DNA of 64,000 nt. It comes from Mytilus edulis (Eukaryota). The notes under the pieces are model-generated. The model was not told the origin of the DNA. It searched no databases and saw only the letters and a list, made by a program, of their open reading frames with translations. The translations under genes and the position numbers were made by a program. This document shows positions 13,355 to 26,000 of this stretch, one piece after another (position 1 is the stretch's first letter; the number at the start of each line of letters is the position of its first letter). Where the stretch lies: the NCBI RefSeq assembly GCF_963676685.1, contig NC_092357.1:7378001-7442000 (forward strand), read 5' to 3'.

Positions 13355-14453
13355 TTTTTTGTCGAGCCTGCAACTATTGTTGCAGAAAGCTTGACATACA
13401 ATGTAGGAATAGGGATCCGGCATCAGTGGCAGCGGCGGCGTTAGCTAACTTCTTAAAAGCTTTATATTTAAGAAGGTGGAAGACCTGGATGCTTCATACT
13501 TTGTATATAGATGCCTCATGTTATGAAGTGTCCATCAGTCACATGTCCCAAGTCCTTGACCTCATTTTCATGGTTCAGTGACTACTTAAAAAAAAGTTAA
13601 GATTTTTTGTAATGTTAAATTCTCTCTTATTATAAGTAATAGGATAATTATATTTGGTATGTGCATACCTTGCAAGGTGCTCATTCCCGTCAGACAGTTT
13701 TCACTTGACCTCGACCTCATTTCATGGATCAGTGAACAAGGTTAAGTTTTGGTGGTCAAGTTCATATCTCAGATACTATAAGCAATAGGTCTAGTATATT
13801 CGGTATATGAAAGGACTGTAAGGTGTATATGTCCAAATGGCAGGTGTCATCTGACCTTGACCTCATTGTCATGGTTCAGTGTTTATAGTTAAGTTTTTCT
13901 GTTTTGGTCTGTTTTCCTTATACTTTATGCAATAGGTCTTCAATATGTGGTGTATGGAAGGATTGTAAGGTGTACATGTCAAGGTGGCAGGTGTCATCTG
14001 ACCTTGACCTCATTTTCATGGTTCAGTGGTCAAAGTTGAGTTTTTGAGTTTTGGTCTTTTTTCTAATACTTTATGCAATAGGTCAACTATATTTGATGTA
14101 TGGGAATATTTTATGATCTATTTATTAGTCATGCAGGTTTTATTTGACCTTGACATCATTTTCACGGTTCATTGCTCAGTGTTAAGTTTTTGTGTTTTGG
14201 TCTGTTTTTCTGAAACTATAAGCAATAGGTTAACTATATTTGTTGTATGGACGCATTATTAGCTGTACATGTCTGCCTGGCATGGTTCCTCTGACCATGA
14301 CCTCATTTTCATGATTCATTGGTCACTGTTTAGTTTCGTTGGTTAATGTTAAGTCTATGTGACAGTTGTAATAAAGCTTTATATTTAGGACTATCACCAT
14401 AATATCAATCATTAGTAAAGAAGGCTAGACATTTCAGCATGTGCACTCTTGTT
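13355..14453 (+). mobile_element. HINE/Helentron-like element with degenerate internal tandem repeats
   Basis: 5' 'gtcgagcctgcaactattgttgcagaaagcttgac' hairpin, repeated 'tgaccttgacctcattttcatggttcagtg' and 'ataagcaataggtc' blocks, and a 3' end 'aaggctagacatttcagcatgtgcactcttgtt'. Confidence 0.65.
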
Positions 14454-14944
14454 GTAATATGCCACCTCTTATTACTTATAAAAATAACTATATTTGGTAA
14501 ATATGATCCTTGTAGGTACAATATTTCAGTGAAACAGGGTCCACATGACCTCAACCTTATTTCCTTGGTGAATGGTCAATTCATGGTTTAGTTTTTTCGT
14601 TGTCAAAATTGTTTTGCTGATATATAAGTAAATATATTTGGTGTGTAGAATAAATGTAATATGTACATTTACATGTAAGACTGGCAGGTTTAACTGGCCA
14701 TGATCTTGACCTTTTTCATGGTTTGTTGTACAAGGTTTTTTTCTTGTTTGGGATATGTCATGTCTTATAAGCAATAAGGTCACTTTATTTAGTCTATTGA
14801 AAGATTAGTATGTGTACACATGAAATTAACAAGATGAGAAATGTTTGCCAATGAGACTTCTATCGAAAACATAGTAATAATAACTATAGGTCAAGGGCCG
14901 TACGGTCTTCACCAATGAGCAAAATCCATCCCACATGTCAGCTA

Positions 14945-15366
14945 CACAGCTACTTTTGCATAGGTACTATTTCTGTACAAAAAAAACTAGTATTGGACAT
15001 TAAATATTCAGTTCTATTTTGTTACTCAAAAATTATTGTAATATTTAAGTACCTATATTTTACAGTACTTGATTTGTACTTGAAATTTAAGTACTACAGA
15101 CTTTTGGTAGCAAGGTAACATTTTCAGCATTTTTAAAGTTTGTCTTTCAAATCTCAAAAAGTTATGATGATCAAACATGGAATACTCTGATGATTGTTGG
15201 TATTATTTTTGTACCAATAATTAAGTACAAATCAAGTACTGGAAAATACAAGTACCTTAATATTACAATAATTCTAAAGTGAAGAAATAGTACTAAATAT
15301 TAAAAGTAAATTTCCAGTACTTCAGATTTCAAGTACAGAAATAGTACCTATGCAAAAGTAGCTATG
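14945..15366. mobile_element. Foldback MITE with TA target duplication, inserted into another repeat
   Basis: Perfect 31-bp inverted repeat 'agctacttttgcataggtactatttctgtac' (14948-14978 / 15333-15363) with longer imperfect arms. The flanks rejoin as 'tcagcta|taaaagg' of a common repeat. Confidence 0.85.
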
Positions 15367-15989
15367 TATAAAAGGGTCAAAACGACAAATTGAAAACAAT
15401 TCAAACGAGAATACTAACGGCCTGATTTATGTAGAAAATAATGAACGAAAAACGAATACCTGTATCATGATATAAAGCAACAAATGGCATACAATGGGAG
15501 GCAACTCTCATTGTACCTAATTGATAACGCCTTGTAAGGGATTGTTCCTTTGATACTTCATCCGGGTTTATATTAATACCATGTGGTTTTAAGCAAAAGA
15601 GCATGTTCCAGCCACTTTTCATTATGTAATTGATGTAAAAAAAAATCTCGGCTTTTTAGTTCATTGGTCAATGCTGAGTTTCACCTGTTCTATCTGTTTA
15701 TTGGATACTACATGTTTGAGACATAGGTCAGCATTTGTGTTAGAAATGATTGTGATATGTATATGCATGTCCGTCTGGCAGGATTCATCTGACCTTAAAC
15801 TCACTTTAATGCTTAATTGGTTAATGTTCAATTTTCGTATTAAGATCTGTTTATCGTATACTATCATTAATAGGCTGAGATGTTAACTTCTACGTCATTT
15901 TGGTCTTTGGTAAGAATTATCTCATTGGCAAGCATACCACATCTTCTAATTTTTATATTAACTTTAAATAACCTCTTGTTAAAAAAAAT

Positions 15990-16780
15990 GAGAGAAATCC
16001 GTTTGCACCAAAAATGCGTCCTTTTGCGCCACAACTTCTTTACTTAAATGCTACGTTTGCGCCACCTATCTTGAAATTACATTGTATCATTTGCGCCAAA
16101 AATAAAACATACGTTTGCGCCAATTGATAGAAAATTTACTTCCCTTCCTATTTCTCAGGGCTTGGGACCTGCAGTTTACACGGCAAATGATTCCTTTTCT
16201 GAATCATGTCTACTTCTTACTACTGCTGCACGAGTACTCCGCAATTGAATGTTTGTAGTAGCTTGTAGCTTTACTAAAACACAAACATTGAGAAATGAAT
16301 GCATACAACAGTTAATTGTAATTCTTGATGAATGCGACTGCTCTATTATTGGTACGTCTTGCGGTAGATTGGGTTTCAGCATATACAGATTATGGGAACA
16401 AATCACTGTCTTCAACATATGTTGCTAAATCATAATCAGAAAAACGCTTCTATATTTTTGCCTTTTGGCATATCTTGTATTAAATCTTCAGCGAAACAAT
16501 CATTTTTTTTTCTCTCTGAACACGGACTGTCCAATGCATTTTAAGTCATTTCTCTCGCGGTGTCCATCTTCAGGGTTAAATATCTCCGAACATATGATAC
16601 TTTATGAGCCATAAATAAGAATAAATACATATTAGTCATTAACCAAAATGAATGATAAATATGTGTAAAGGTAAATTGGCGCAAATGAGTTTCGAATATT
16701 GGCGCAGTTGATACATTTGAAAAAAAATTTGGCACAAATGGTACCCCTGAAAACAAAAATTGGCGCAAAAGGACTCCTGC
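15990..16780. mobile_element. MITE with 'tttgcgcca' sub-terminal repeats
   Basis: Several 'tttgcgcca' at 16000-16125, mirrored by 'tggcgca(aa)' at 16676-16770, with imperfect TIRs. Confidence 0.6.
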
Positions 16781-17046
16781 CAATAAGAAACTCTACAAGT
16801 TTTACCTTATTTTGGTACCCTGTGGTTAACCTAAAAGAGCTGAAACAAGCTGGCCACGGAAATATTAAAATAAATAGGTAAAACCATAGAGATTTTATGA
16901 TCGAAAGCTGTTGCTGGATGTTTTACTTACAAATAAATATCTTCGATTTGAATTTTTTCAAAGCAGTAAGAAGTACATGTACATGTAGTGGTAAACGTTC
17001 GTCGTCAAATTTGTTCAGAATTTCACTTCCAAACAAGAAATTTTAA

Positions 17047-17626
17047 AGGAGTAGGTTCAGTAAGACCCCTTTTTGACCCCAAAATATAGCAGTTTTACAA
17101 AATTGTTAAAATGTAAACCTTTATTTATTTATTGGACAGTAGAATGCTTCTGCTACATAAATATGGGCTGTTTTTGACAATACAATGCACATATATCCGG
17201 TACTAGCACCATTAAGTCATGCTAAATTACTGAAATCCTCATAATTCTAGCATTTTAGTTAAATTTTAGACGGTTTTCGTGTAAAACGAAAGTGGCCGCA
17301 TTCGTGTTCATCCTTAATATTGAAATGTAAGTTATATTTTATGATAATACATAACATATATAAAGGTTGAGGATGAACACGGATGCGGCCACTTTCATTT
17401 TTACCAAAAACCATCTGAAAAGTGACATTTTTCGGCATATTAGGTAGATTTTTCACATTTGAGCTTGAATCGGATCGTTTTTAATGACCAAATCTGTTAA
17501 AATCTTTCACATAAACTAATTAATTCAAATAAAATAGACTTTTAAGTGTTTAAAAAGTGGTCAAAATCATTCGTCAGATGAACCTGAAATTTGAGGCCAA
17601 AATCGGTCCTTACCGGACCTACTCCT
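17047..17626. mobile_element. TTAA-targeting (Kolobok/piggyBac-like) MITE
   Basis: TTAA|AGGAGTAGGTTCAGTAAG ... CTTACCGGACCTACTCCT|TTAC: TIRs present, right target duplication carries one mismatch. Confidence 0.75.
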
Positions 17627-17729
17627 TTACCAGTCTTACTGTTGTATATACGGTTCTCAATAGATACAGAAAATAACAGTTGTTGTCGCTCGAAAATCCC
17701 TTGAAACCATTTGCGAGTATGGTCTTGAG

Positions 17730-17945
17730 GAAACGATGATAGTCCATCGGAAGGGGACGATAAATGACTGACCTTTGTTAAGAGAGAGCCATATCTCTTG
17801 CATGCTCTTAAAAGACAACCTTGTAGATTTCGAAAAAGAGCAGTATAATGTCGCTACCGTTCAAGGCAGCGCTCGCACCCGCAAAGTGGAAATGGGTAAA
17901 TATAAGTTTCAAAACTTGTTTCCCAATCCACTATAAATAAATAGT
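17730..17945 (+). mobile_element. SINE-like fragment (Deu/Meta-type core resemblance); its 3' tail also occurs inverted at about 1860-1950
   Basis: 'gtccatcggaaggggacgataaa...' core. The tail 'aaacttgtttcccaatccactataaat' is the reverse complement of 1865-1892. Confidence 0.45.
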
Positions 17946-18764
17946 TTTAAACCTACTTAATTCTCCTAAAAAAACATAACTAAAATATTATATGAGAAAA
18001 ACATCAGATGACAAAGAAAAACTGACACTCTGTTTGGCCTGAAAAGAATTTAACAAAAAATTTGAAATTTAATAGTTTGACTGTTGTAGATAAGTTCTCA
18101 AAAGGATACTGAGAAAAATAGATTTTGTCCCTACTAAATTCTTTACAAAAGGCTTCAGATGACAACGGTAAAATAACTTTTTGTTTGGCCTGAAGAAAAG
18201 CTACATGTATTGTCAGCTGTATGCATTTAGCTTGAACAATAAGATGCTCAAAATCGAATCAGAATTTATACAGATAAACGTGCATCTCATGCAGTCTTTG
18301 TGTTTAATGACGCAGGTAGACAGAAAAATTCTATAAAAATGTCTCGTATAAATTTTTGTTTTAATATCTTAATCGAAAATGATATTTGCAATTCTCCGTT
18401 TCTTATTGAAGACATATTACACCATATATGAAATGCGGCCTTGAATTACAAAAGGTTAATAGAATCATGTGGATATTGGATGTTCATCTGTTTTGTGTCG
18501 TCAGTATTATACCAATTAAGTTATAATATTTATTAAAAGTTGAAACGGGTACTCTGTTTTGTCAGCGACATTTTAAAACATGAATAGGTTCTTTTTGAAA
18601 TATCATACTGGTATATGTAACACATAGAAAAAGAGATTAGTTTAGATAATTTATAAAACATACATCGACTCGATCTGCATAGACATCTGTGACTAGCAAT
18701 GAAATTATCAAGCTTATTTAGGGTACCATTTCTAAAAGGAGTTCATTAAATATTTACCCAGTAT

Positions 18765-19760
18765 ATACTAATATAAATGGATTAATTGCATAAGTATCCA
18801 GAAAAGTATACTGACAAAAATGGATTAATTGCATATTTAAATATTCAGTAAATACTGACAGTACTGAGTTTAATAGATAATTAACTAGTATATTACACTG
18901 ACAGAAATGGGTTAATTGCATAATTATCCAATATATACTGACAAAAATGGATTAATTGCATAAATTTTCAGTAAATTCTGAAAAAAATGAGTTAAGTGCA
19001 TAACTAGACAAGACAAGACAAATACTTTATTAAAGTCTCACCACTTGTTACATATAAAATATACAGCTTTTTAAAACACAAATTAACAACAAGAGCCACT
19101 CTATAAAGAGTTATGAGAGACTAACTATCTAGTATATGCTGGCAGAAATGGATTAATTGCATACTTATCCAAATTATACTGACATAAAGATTAATTGCAT
19201 AAAATTTTCAGTAAATTCTGACAAAAATAAGTTAACTATCTAGTATATGCTGACAAAAATGAGTTAACTATCTAGTATATACTGACAAAAATAGGTTTGG
19301 TGCATATTTAGATTCATTGCATAATTATCTAGTATATATATATACTCATATAAATGGGCTTAACTTACTGCATAACTATCCCGTATATACTGACAAACAT
19401 TTGTTAATTGCATAACTATCCAGTACCTATCCAATACTATCCAGTATGTATACTAAAAAGTATGGGTTAACTGCTAAGATTATTTAGTATATACCATCAG
19501 AAATAGATAAATTGCATAATTATCCCGTAAGTACTGACACAAATGGGTTAGTTGCATTTTTGTTCAGAATATACTGAATTAAATGGACAAGTTTTCAGAA
19601 AATACTGCAAAATAGATTAACTAAATAATTATCCAATTATACTGTCAAAAAAATGGGTTCGTTGCATATTTGTTCAGAATACACGGACAGAAATGAATTA
19701 ATTGCATAAATATTCAGTAAATACTGACAAAAATAGGATTAACTGCATTGTAATCTAGTA
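18765..19760. repeat. Degenerate minisatellite with a unit of about 40 bp
   Basis: Recurrent 'atactgacaaaaatggattaattgcataattatccagt' variants. Confidence 0.85.
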
Positions 19761-19894
19761 TATATATATATATATATATATATAACTCGTCTAAACATCA
19801 ACCCAACAATGTTAGATCTGTAAATTTGCTTTCGCAATTTTTTTGTTCTTCCCTCGTTACTGAGTGACTCAGACGTACTTATATACATGTATAT

Positions 19895-20626
19895 ATATAA
19901 ACAAGTCTAAATTGAAAACTACGTTCAAACCTATAATTGCGTTGGATAAAAACCGCAATTTTTATACGTGTGCATGTAAAACAAATTTCGTTGTAGAAGG
20001 GTCTAAATACAGCACAAACAACATTTTCCAAAAGACCAAAAAAGTGAAAAAGTATATTTAAACAAAACGCATTTGACTAACAGGTCGAACAACTGATGTT
20101 CTTTAACCCTGCTGACTGCCATTGGCGATTGTCAAATAAAATTGATCACGAGATGTAACAAAATGGATCTTAATATAAATTTAATACTAAACAGAAAACA
20201 ATAAACTTGTGGCCAATATGTTATGCCACAAACACAAGGTGTCAATATTTTTTTTTGTATACCAGATCTAGATTTCGACAATATATGTCTCTTCAGTGAT
20301 GTTAGGGATCGAAATGGTATTTGAAAGGCCATATAATTTACCCTCAATTTAAGATAGACTGTTGAATTTTAAGAGTCAATATAGGATGAACGGATCATAT
20401 AAACCGGAGGGAAAATATGATACAAGCCCAAACGAAAAAATATAAACAAGTCTAAATTGAAAACTACGTTCAAACCTATGATTGCGTTGGATAAAAACCG
20501 CAATTTTTATACGTGTGCATGTAAAACAAATTTCGTTGTAGAAGGATCTAAATACAGCAAAAACAACATTTTCCAAAAGACAAAAAAAAAGTGAAAAAGT
20601 ATATTTAAACAAAACGCATTTGACTA
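19895..20626 (-). mobile_element. Direct-repeat-bounded unit (period about 545 bp) containing a hammerhead ribozyme; retrozyme/PLE pseudo-LTR-like
   Basis: Near-identical direct repeats of about 185 bp at 19895-20079 and 20440-20626, with a hammerhead core between them on the minus strand. Confidence 0.6.
20262..20299 (-). ncRNA. Minimal type I hammerhead ribozyme
   Basis: Minus strand reads UCA-CUGAAGA-GAC-AUAUAUU-GUC-GAAA-UCUAGA-UC-UGG. It has an intact CUGANGA/GAAA core, stem II GAC/GUC, a short palindromic stem III, an AUC cleavage triplet and a short stem I. Confidence 0.7.
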
Positions 20627-20762
20627 TATATATACTGACATAAATAGGTTGTTTTGTACGTACGTACTTTAAACTTTGCAATGTCATTAATCTTAAAATT
20701 TGTCTCAAATTATGTAAAATCGTAGAAAATTTCTTTTGTATTTTTTTTCTTTAAGAGGATGA

Positions 20763-21068
20763 CAATGCAATGAGCTGTGTCCCTAAAAAACAGAGTATGC
20801 GAAGTGTAACAGTTTCAGAAGTTTACAAAATTACATTCTTAATATGCATTTAAAAAAACACGACGGGTTGGACGATCAATGCCTTTGAATGGGACATATG
20901 TTTGCGCCCCCCCCCCCCCCCCTCCCCCAATGCAATGAGCTGTGTCCCTAAAAACAGAGTATGCGAAGTGTAACAGTTTCAGAAGTTTACAAAATTACAT
21001 TCTTAATATGCATTTATAAAAACACGACGGGTTGGACGATCAATGCCTTTGAATGGGACATATGTTTG
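20763..21068 (+). repeat. Direct duplication of about 141 bp separated by a C-rich run
   Basis: 'caatgcaatgagctgtgtcccta...gggacatatgtttg' at 20763-20904 and 20928-21068. Confidence 0.9.
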
Positions 21069-23040
21069 AAAAAAAGCTACTCTTATCAGACACGTGCAAC
21101 GGTTAATGAAGGTTTGGATTGGGTTGCACAAGGTCATGTTTTTCTTTAATTGGGAAAGAAAATGGGGAATGTGTCAAAGCGACAACGACCCGACCATAGA
21201 GCAGACAACAGCCGAAGGCCATCAATGGGTCTTCAATGTAGCGAGAAACTCCCGCACCCGGAACGGTCATATTTTTCTTTGACTATTAATGACGTCTTTA
21301 CTCTTAATCCAATGAATGTTGTATCTGTACTGATTGAAAATTTATTCTCAGATGCATGTTTTTTTCATTAGTTGTTAGTGGCTTTGCACTAGCTGTCAGT
21401 AACTGCGAGTACTCTCAGATCTATACTTTTTGTTGTTGGGATATACAAGTACCCGGCCACGTCCACTTTGTGTTTTCTGTTATATGTATTTCTATTTGTA
21501 TCCATCTGATGATAAAGCCATTTTCAACTGAATTTTATAGTTCGTTCGTATGTTGTAATGTTACACCACTGTCCTGGGTTAGGGAAATTGTTAGGATTCT
21601 GCTAACATGGTTAACCTCGCAACATTATGTATGTATGTGTCTGTCCCAAGTCAGGAGCCTGTAATTCAGTGGTTATCGTTTGTTAATGTGTTACATATTT
21701 GTGTTTCGTTCAATTTTTTTGAATACATAAGGCCGTTGGTTTTCTCGTTCGAATTGTTTACATTTGACATTTTGGGACCTTTTTAAGCTGACTATGCGGT
21801 ATGGGCTTTGCTCGTTGTTAATGACCTTACGGTGACCTGTAGTTGATAATCTCCGTGTCATTTAATCTCTTGTGGAGAGTCACAGTGTCTCGTAGGATTC
21901 GAATACGAAGTGTGAACCGTGTGTACTAAACCAGAGGGTGTAGATTGGGAAAAAGAGGGAGAAGTTCTTTCTTCAAATGTCATGCCCTTTTTCTCTGGTT
22001 TTTTTTTTTTTTTTTTTTTTTGGTTCATAATTCGCAATAAACATGCATATTCTTTATATTTCAACGCCCTATAGTTTTCTATTCTTTATATTTCAGCACT
22101 GTAAATATAAAAAAGAAGATGATGTATGATTGCCAATGAGACACTGTTTTAGTTTTTCGACACGATCAATCAGAATATATTGTTTTTTAATTTAACACTG
22201 ACTATCAGGTATAGTGGGAATTTGCATGACCAGAATATTATTTTTCTTCATCAAATTGGGGATCAGAATATATTTTTTGAAGAAAAAAAAAACGTAACAC
22301 CGTCCTCCCCTTGTAGTTAAATGGTTGATCTCTAAAAAGTCAATCCGAATTTAAAAATAAAATGTGTGATAAAAAGTTAAGTCACACATTATGAAATTGT
22401 TATATCTGCATAGTACGCTCTGACTCTTGAAAAAAAGTTTTCGTTTTTTTAGTTGCATTTTAAAATTTGCATATGGTTCAAAATAACAACCAAAGAGGCA
22501 ATTAATAACGACAAATTGTATTTAAAAAGTCAAAATGTAACCTCATTGCAATAAAAAGTATACATGTACTAGACGATAACAATCTTTATTGTATGGTTGC
22601 TCAACATTCATTTTATAGTCTGTCGAATATTGTTTATATCCCATTTAAAAAATATTGAGGTGTGATAATTATGATTGGCAGCATCTTCACGTCCTGTTTG
22701 TACCCGGAATTTTCATTATCCTTTTGTATGCAAATATAAACGTGTTTATCCGAAATTTTATTTATTTATTCGTCCAGCTGCGTTCAAAAGAAATAACTCT
22801 AAAATCCCACGCAGGTTATAAATACCGGGTATATATTTAAAAGTCCTTATGATCCAATGGTCATTATAAGTATTTTCATTCTATTCAATATATTTAAATA
22901 ATCCCTTGATTTCACTACACAGAATTTAAATAGTAAACTGGTCAAGCAAATCGACTATCCAAGCGTTAGTCCAAAACTTAATTTGACACTTATCAGTCAA
23001 TTTTCATTTTTTCTTCACTTTTTTTTATTCGTATTTCGTG

Positions 23041-26000
23041 ATGGACTTAGTAACGATGAGCAAATGCCGTATTATATTTTTCGTATGGATTTTTATTATT
23101 CCTGTTAATTGTTTTCTTAGAATGGACCATGGACAAAATCAGCAAACAAATTTAGGTAAGAAAAATAATGATAGTAACGTTAATTTAATGCATTTGAAGT
23201 GGTTTTTTATTTATTTAAATCTTTAACAAATACAACAGAGTAAATGAAAAGCTTAAGATGAATCATACGGTTAGAGATGTGGAAACACTTGTAGTTTTTG
23301 TCTACCGGGACTTGGGATATACATGTATTACAAAAAATGAGACCCCTATAACACATATTAGTCACAGTTAGTAATTAATGACAAATGTAGGAGTCAATTA
23401 ATAATAAAATACACTTCGGTCTTCAATTTGTGTTTCTTCATCCTTTTTTTATTATTATTTTGGTTATACAATACTAAGTATGTAATTCCGCACGTATTTC
23501 TAACCAAGTTTGCTCTCTCTCTTTTCAACGTTCGGAAGTAATTTAAAAATACTAATTGATATTCGTTTTCAAAGGTATGTCGCACCTGATGTGTTTTCTC
23601 CGAATTATTGCTTTTAAATATTTTGTGTTTATTATTTACCACTCAATGACCGATGTAAGTCATGATCCATGAAATCATAATCTTCTGATTATTATAAAAC
23701 ATGTGATAAGACGAACTTTTATTAAAAATACACAATACAGAAAGAAATAAAATATGTGCAAGATCTGATATTATTACAGTATACAGTGTAATGGGATCGA
23801 TTAAAACAATAGATATAAAATGTAATATTTTAATATAGGAATTTAAAAACTTAAAAATACAAATCGATGGAAGATCATTTTTAAAAGGTATAACTAACTG
23901 TAGTAAATAGAATGAAATTCAAAACAGTGTGGCTACATTCATCCACTGGGACAATTTACGTGAACGTTTGTCTGTAACGACCACTGTTCACGACGTACCT
24001 ACGATAGACATTTAAACTGTGAGGCAACCAAAGGTTTCTTATGGCAAGCCGTTCTCGTCAAAACTATGTTTAAACCCTTTTTTCGAAAAAAATACACACT
24101 GAGATTTAAAAACCTAAAATAACACACTGAGAAATCGAAATTACACACTGAGATTTAAAAAAATAAAAAACACACACTGAGAATTCAAAATTACACACTG
24201 AGATTTTAAAAAGACACACTGAGGATGAAATAAATTGAAAAACACACACTGAGAATTGTTAATTACACACTGAGATTTCAAAATTACACACTGAGATTTC
24301 AAAAATACACACTGAGATTAATATTCAAATTACTTATGAATATTCATGAGATGAATAATTCAACAGATTAATATCTTGATCTCAAGAACTCTTGTCATTA
24401 TAATGAAATGCGATTCCTTCAACCAAAATTCGTAATAAATTTCAAGACTTAACATCGCTTATATTCATAAGTTAGTTTGTTGCCTATAATTCAGGTCATT
24501 ACTCTTCCAGTAATTAAACATGGGTCCCTTTTCAAAAGTCTTCCAACTGTTTTCCTGATTTCGCTAGTTAATCTTTTATATTTTCGTTACGTTTATATGC
24601 TATAATAGACACTTTCCTTGGACGAGAGGAGAGAGTAAAAATTTTGCTGCATTCTTTTGCAGATTGTTCCAATGTTTTCTTATAATTTTAATAAAGTTTT
24701 TCACCATTTGGTTATATTTTGTAATAAGAGTAAGTGGGTATTTTTCTTGTTCTTGTATTTCTAAAGTTTTTTTTTATTAATAATTTGGAACCAAATCGAA
24801 GGACTAACGAGTTATGTCCCCTTGTTGTTTTAAGCTTGTAATAGATTCAGATTAAGTATGCTAATTAGATATGTGCGCATAAAAAGTGCGCACAAATCTC
24901 AGTGTGTAATTTTAAATTCTCAGTGTGTAATTTTAAATTCTCAGTGTGTATTTTTAAATTCTCAGTGTGTAATTTCAAATTCTCAGTGTGTGTTTTCAGT
25001 TTATTTATTCTCAGTGTGTGTTTTTTGAAATCTCAGTGTGTAATTTTCAATTCTCAGTGTGTAATTTTCAATTCTCAGTGTGTAATTTTCAATTCTCAGT
25101 GTGCATTTTCATTTTTGTAATCTCAGTGCGTCTTTATGAAATCTCAGTGTGTAAATTTTTAATTCTCAGTGTGTAATTTTCAATTCTCAGTGTGTAATTT
25201 TTAATTCTCAGTGTGCGTTTTGAATTTTTTAAATCTCAGTGTGCTTTGTTGTAATTCTCAGTGTGTAAATTTTTCGAAAAATGGGTTAAACATAGTTTTG
25301 ACGAGAACGGCTTGCCATAGTTTCTTAACGCCTTTAATTATAAAATAATTCGAAAAATTAATCAGGAATAACCTTTATGTTTTGATTTATATAATTGATA
25401 TAAAATAAAACAACGTGTTATTTCTGATTAATTTTTCGAATTACTTTATTAAGGTGTTGAAAACCTTTGGTGACTCCATAGTTTAAGTGTCTTTAAAAGT
25501 ACATAAACTTTTAGCTACTTCTTTACAAGCAGAACCAAACACATTGAAAGTCCCAACTATGTACTGGCTTCCGAAGCTGCACAAAAAACCTTACAAATAT
25601 AGATTTATTTCATCTTCCAGCCATTGTTCAACTACTAAATTGTCTGTTTTACTTACTAGTACACTTGGTACAATTAAAAACCTGATAATAAATTGTTCAA
25701 ATAAGGCCTTTGAAAATAGTGGAATTAATTACTTTTGGAGTGTCAAAAACTCGTTGGAAGTACTTGATAAATTGCATGCATATATTGGTGATTTTGAATC
25801 TGTTCAAAGTTTTGATTTTTCTACCCTATATACCACTTTGCCTCATATTCTTATTAAGAAAAAATTCACATCCCTAATTAACTGGGCATTTAAAAAGTCG
25901 GAATGCGAGTACATATGTTCAAACTCTTTTAGATCATTTTTTAGTAGCAATAAACAAAAGAACTATGTCAATTGGACATGCTTTGATACTATTTATGCAC

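Noticed and set aside
22817-22998. TATA box (22817) and TCAGTC initiator (22993) for the protease gene
   Set aside because: The two motifs are not at canonical spacing, and such short motifs are frequent in AT-rich DNA. They cannot be supported without TSS data.
24902-25176. Cys/Phe-rich repetitive ORFs
   Set aside because: They are products of the 21-bp sub-repeat arm of the foldback element.
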